Part shown: positions 59,951 to 64,000 of the stretch, piece by piece
Layout: every line of letters begins with the position of its first letter
Position numbering within the stretch: the first letter of the stretch is position 1
Origin: Mobula birostris
Lineage: Eukaryota
Assembly: GCF_030028105.1 (NCBI RefSeq)
Contig: NC_092370.1
Location: 182,786,647-182,850,646 of the forward strand
Length of the DNA stretch: 64,000 nt
Reading direction: 5' to 3'
Program-made: the position numbers and the translations under genes
Notes under the pieces: generated by a model
What the model was told of the DNA's origin: nothing
What the model saw: only the letters and a program-made list of their open reading frames with translations
Database searches by the model: none

Positions 59951-62900
59951 TCCTAGAAAGACCTCCAAGACAACAGTCGGAATTAGTTTGAGTTTGGAAA
60001 TGGCATACTTCACTGAGCAGAAACAAGAGAGTAGCAACTGTAGGTCCCAGAGTGACTAGATGAGGGCACCATTACCTGGCACAAATTCACTAAACAAGTA
60101 CGGCAGGTCGAAATGTGCTGTTTGTCAAAGTACTTACCACTAGGCAAAAGACGGTCTGCATAGAACCAAACAAGTTAAGCTAACAAAACAAAATAACAAA
60201 TCTGAAGATGTAGAAGAGTAGCATATAACATTGTTTGCAAAGGAATCACAGTAGTGCAGAGATATCTGATGCAGGTATTTTGATGATAGAATCTCTAGGA
60301 TATGCTGTTATTGATACAGACTGTACACACGCAGTGTGTGGAGAAAAATGGCTTGAAGGCTATGTAAGTGAAATAAGCCAGAATGAAGTGCAGAAACTGG
60401 TGAACACAGATACACCCAGTTACAAAGCATTCAAATTTGGAGATGGAAAGATTATCCATTCTCCAAAAAAGAGTGAAAATTCCCACAAAAGTAGGGCAGA
60501 CCGAATGTTACATCGAAACAGAAGTGTTACCAGTAAATATTCCATTAGTCTAGAGTGAAACTTCCCTATCAAAAGCAACGATTTTTCAACAGCCAGAGTT
60601 TCTTGAGCTCATCAGCTCTGGGCATTACTGTGTGAGCATTCTAGATGAAGGCGTTACTGAGAATCAATGTGAGAATGAAGTATTAACTGTCATAGTGAAC
60701 ATGACCCTGGATGAAAAACGTAACGTGTTGCTCAAGCTTCACAAGCCTCAACTGATAGACTTCAGAAACTGCTCAGCAGTTCAGGAAACAAAGATGCAGA
60801 CTGCTTATCCATTCTGAAGCAGATAGTAGATATCTGTGAGATGTACCAACATTTTGGAAAGTCTGAACTCAAGCCTGTGGTTCGGTCTTCTGCTAGCATC
60901 TGAATACAATGAAATAGAAGTCGTAGACCTACATGAACTTAAGCAAGGAGTGTGGTACCATCACAAAATTGATGAATTCACATGTTTTAATGCTGCTAGC
61001 ATTGTGAACACAAATAACACCTCAGAGATAGTAAAAAGCTTCATCCATTCCTCTGTACTAGTTGACTGGCCACCTGCTTGAGAGGGCTCTCCAAGGAGTG
61101 AATGAATTGGGAAACAAATTTTAGCATTGCATGCGTCAAGGAGGGATTACTGAACCAGACTGCTCAGAGAGAATTTGAAGAGCACTGAGGGCATTTCAAA
61201 GATCAGAATGCCATGGAGACTGACATAAAAAAAATGAAAAGCACTTACCTGATACAGTGTCACATAGCACAGCCAGTGCCGTGGAGAGTACAGCCGAGGA
61301 CCCAACAGAGTTGCTCAATAGCGGCACTGATGGTGCTGAGGAGAGTGCAGTTGGGTAATCAACAGACTTCCCTGAACAGAAATCATCACAGGTGCAAAGA
61401 CAACTTGTAAGTTTGAGTCTTAAAACAGGACAAATTCTGAGATTTGTAGACCAAGACATTGGTTTCTCATACAAAGTCTTGTATCTCATACTGAAGTCTT
61501 AGGATGAGCAGGCAAAGCCACTGGGAGAAACAAAAGTTGGTACAACTTGAGTTACCTAGAACCAGTCACAGTCACCGGCACTGCAGGGTCAGTTGACATG
61601 TCACATGCAGACAGACTTCATATGGAACCAGCTTTCAATCAGGCGGGGCCATCTGAGAAATGTCAAGATGAAGATGTCCTAGTAACTAAAGAGCTGTCAT
61701 TTGAATCTGCAAAACAATAAGAAATCAGAAGTTGAAGAAATAATGGAGTGTTTGAGGAAGTCAGAGACATTGGCCAAAAGACAATGCCTACAAAATGGGC
61801 TTGCACCCTGAAAGAAACCCGGACAGGAATTATACCAAAAGCACGCCTGGTGGCTAGAGGTTTTGAGGAACTGAACATAAAAGAACTCCAAAAAGACTCA
61901 CCAACATGTGCATCAGAGTCTTTCTGACTAATTCTCTCAGTGATATGTCAAAAGCATTTGCCACCTCATTCCATGGACATAAAATCTGCATTCTTACAGA
62001 GAATGGAGCTTTCACATGACATTTACATTAAACCCCTGCCTGAAGCCAGAAGTGAAGGAACACTGTGGAAACACAAAAGGTATAAGTGTGGTCTAGCAGA
62101 TGCATCACACTACTTGTATAAAAAAAGTCAAGGAAATAATGTTAAAAGCAGGCGGAAAGATGTCACAAGTGGATCCCGCTGTGTTTTAATTGTAAGATTC
62201 AGGATACCATGTGAGTGGAATACCTGCCTGTCATGCAGATGCCTTCATATGGGGAGACTCACTCACAAAACTTTGCCATATCAGTCATCCCTCAGTAAAG
62301 TCAGACTTTCAGATTGGATGTGAGGAACACAACAGATTCTGCTCTGTAGCAACGGATGTCCTTGCTGTTGATGGAACAGTACAACTGCACCAGGAAAGCT
62401 ACATCAGGAGTCTCCAGACAATACACTTGAAATCCTCATGTGCCGTACAGCAGGATTGAAGCTGAAGCTCAGCAAATTAGGTGAAAGATAGGTCAGATTC
62501 TATGGGTGGAAAGACAGAGCACATCTGACATTATGTTTGAAGCCTGCAACTTGGCATCCAGCACAAAAAACGCCACAGTACAAGTACAAACTTTACATGA
62601 GGGAAACAAGATAGTGTGAAGAATTCAATCTGAAGAAGTAGTCTGGAAGTTTCAACAGCTTGGAAAAGATACTCACTGAGGCTCGTTGTCTTCAGTTGAT
62701 GCCTTTCTTGGAAATCTCCCTGATGGGGGTACTCAAGGGGGGGGCATTTTATTGTACTGATGGGAGAAGACAGAAGATTTCACCTCGCTGTTGGCAATCA
62801 AAAAGAAACCAAGGAGTTGTACATAGTACACTGGCAGGAGAAATGCTGGCAATGTCTGAAGGTGTTGACAATGCTCTTTATCTGGCCACACTCAATTCTG

Positions 62901-63390
62901 AGTTTGTGACCCTAAGAAGAACAGTCTACAAATAACTTGTGTCACAGACAACTACTCTCTGGTTGATAGCATCAAATTCTTCAAGTCAGTCACAGACAAG
63001 AGGCTTCGTCCAGAGATAAACAGCATCAAGAAACTTGCCCAAGCACAGAAAATTCATCATGTGCCATGGTCAACTACAAAGGAGAAACTAGCTGGCTGCC
63101 TCACAAAGAAGGGTGCATCAGCTCCTATGCTGCTGAAGGCATTCGGTACCTTAAGAACTGTATCAACATCAAGGGTTAGAATTAATCCCCATATCCTAAA
63201 GGACATTCAAATGATGAAATTAATTCTCATATCCTAAAGGACATTTAAGTTGCTGTATATATAATTTTTTTAGTACTGTGAAGGCACTAAGTGAGGGTAT
63301 ATGATATCTTAAGAAATTTATTAAGCCAAAGAATAAATTAATAGTAATACATCTGAACCAATGGACATGCATTCTTTTTAAAATTTGCAT

Positions 63391-63405
63391 AAAAAGGATG
63401 GGAGA
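63391..63405 (+). promoter_or_regulatory. Polypurine tract
   Basis: AAAAAGGATGGGAGA immediately before the 3' LTR. Confidence 0.75.
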
Positions 63406-63406
63406 T

Positions 63407-63597
63407 TATTGAGTTCTCTTCCTTTGGGCTATGAAAGCATTGAATTGGGATCTTGACTTTTCCTCTTATGGGCATGGGCACAAGGATGTCGGGGGAATTG
63501 TGGGAAAAAATGGCAGCCTGGTGTATTAAGCATTAACAGAGAAAGTAAAGTTGTGAAAACAAAAGACAATCTAGTCTTTGTTGTTTGAATGTTAGCA
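63407..63597 (+). repeat. Copia 3' LTR
   Basis: TATTGA...TTAGCA; follows the PPT and is followed by the TSD copy CTGAT. Confidence 0.88.
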
Positions 63598-63861
63598 CTG
63601 ATATCCCACCTCCTTCCTTTTATTCCACTAGCCTTTCCTATTAGATTCTTTCTTCTCTAGCTCTTAACTTCATTCACCTATTACTTTCAAGCTTTTCACA
63701 TCATTTACTCTCCCCCACACACCCACCAATCCCCTCATCTGGTTTCACTTATCACCTGCTAGCTTGTACTCCTCCCACTTCTTACTCTTATTCTTGTTCA
63801 CCTTCCTTTCCAGTCCTGACAATAATTCTGTGGAAAATGAAGTTAACTGTTTATTTCCCAA

Positions 63862-64000
63862 ACACAAAATAATCTGCAGATGCTGGGGTCAAAGCAACAC
63901 TCACAACACATTGGAGGAACTCAGCAGGTCGGGCAGCATCCGTGGAAAAGATCGGTCGACGTTTCGGGCCGGAACCCTTCGTCAGGACTGTAGAGGGAAG
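63862..64000 (-). mobile_element. Penelope-like 3' terminus (second subfamily), runs off the window
   Basis: Homologous to the reverse complement of 55550-55690. Confidence 0.85.
63954..63989 (-). ncRNA. Minimal type I hammerhead ribozyme
   Basis: GUC-CUGACGA-A-GGG-UUCCGG-CCC-GAAAC-GUC-GAC. Confidence 0.78.

Larger units (their letters stand above)
58725..63597 (+). mobile_element. Ty1/Copia LTR retrotransposon, GalEa-like, decayed
   Basis: LTRs 58725-58905 and 63407-63597, TSD CTGGT/CTGAT, tRNA-iMet PBS and PPT. Domain order: Zn knuckle (CAVCQSTYH), PR (AVIDTDCTHAVCGEKWL), INT (LLKLHK, HKIDEFT), RT (KARLVARGF, DIKSAFLQ, GLADAS), RH (VVHSTLAGE, TDNYSL, LAGCLTK). Confidence 0.88.

Noticed and set aside
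63180-63247. Two ~27-bp direct repeats (catatcctaaaggacatt)
   Set aside because: A simple duplication in the Copia 3' untranslated region; not a CRISPR-like array.
1-64000. Prokaryotic systems, rRNA or functional tRNA genes
   Set aside because: The window is vertebrate repeat-rich DNA; tRNA-like matches are SINE heads or primer-binding sites.

Overview
This is a vertebrate nuclear window, most likely from a cartilaginous fish, probably a ray. That is inferred from an HE1-like V-SINE, a DeuSINE, and dense CR1 and Penelope content. No host protein-coding gene could be recognised. The window is mostly a nested mosaic of transposable elements: many CR1 LINE pieces (one young copy with an SGNH-esterase ORF1 and APE+RT ORF2 at ~45.1-48.9 kb), Rex1/Babar-type LINE pieces, and a near-intact Penelope-like element (RT+GIY-YIG, ~52.3-55.7 kb). 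Scattered Penelope termini carry minimal hammerhead ribozymes. There is also a full-length decayed HERO-type (RLE endonuclease) non-LTR element with a TSD (26351-29893), several solo LTRs, a Gypsy remnant, Tc1 and Tigger DNA transposon derivatives, and a decayed GalEa-type Ty1/Copia LTR element (58725-63597). Three signals stand out. (1) An internally deleted endogenous foamy-virus-like (spumaretrovirus) provirus at ~40.7-42.0 kb: LTR end, tRNA-Lys PBS, frameshifted spuma-type gag, second LTR end. (2) A non-circularly permuted hammerhead-like motif in the HERO 3' UTR. (3) The GalEa Copia element. Family assignments come from motif recognition by eye with no database searches. Boundaries of decayed repeats are approximate unless a TSD is cited.
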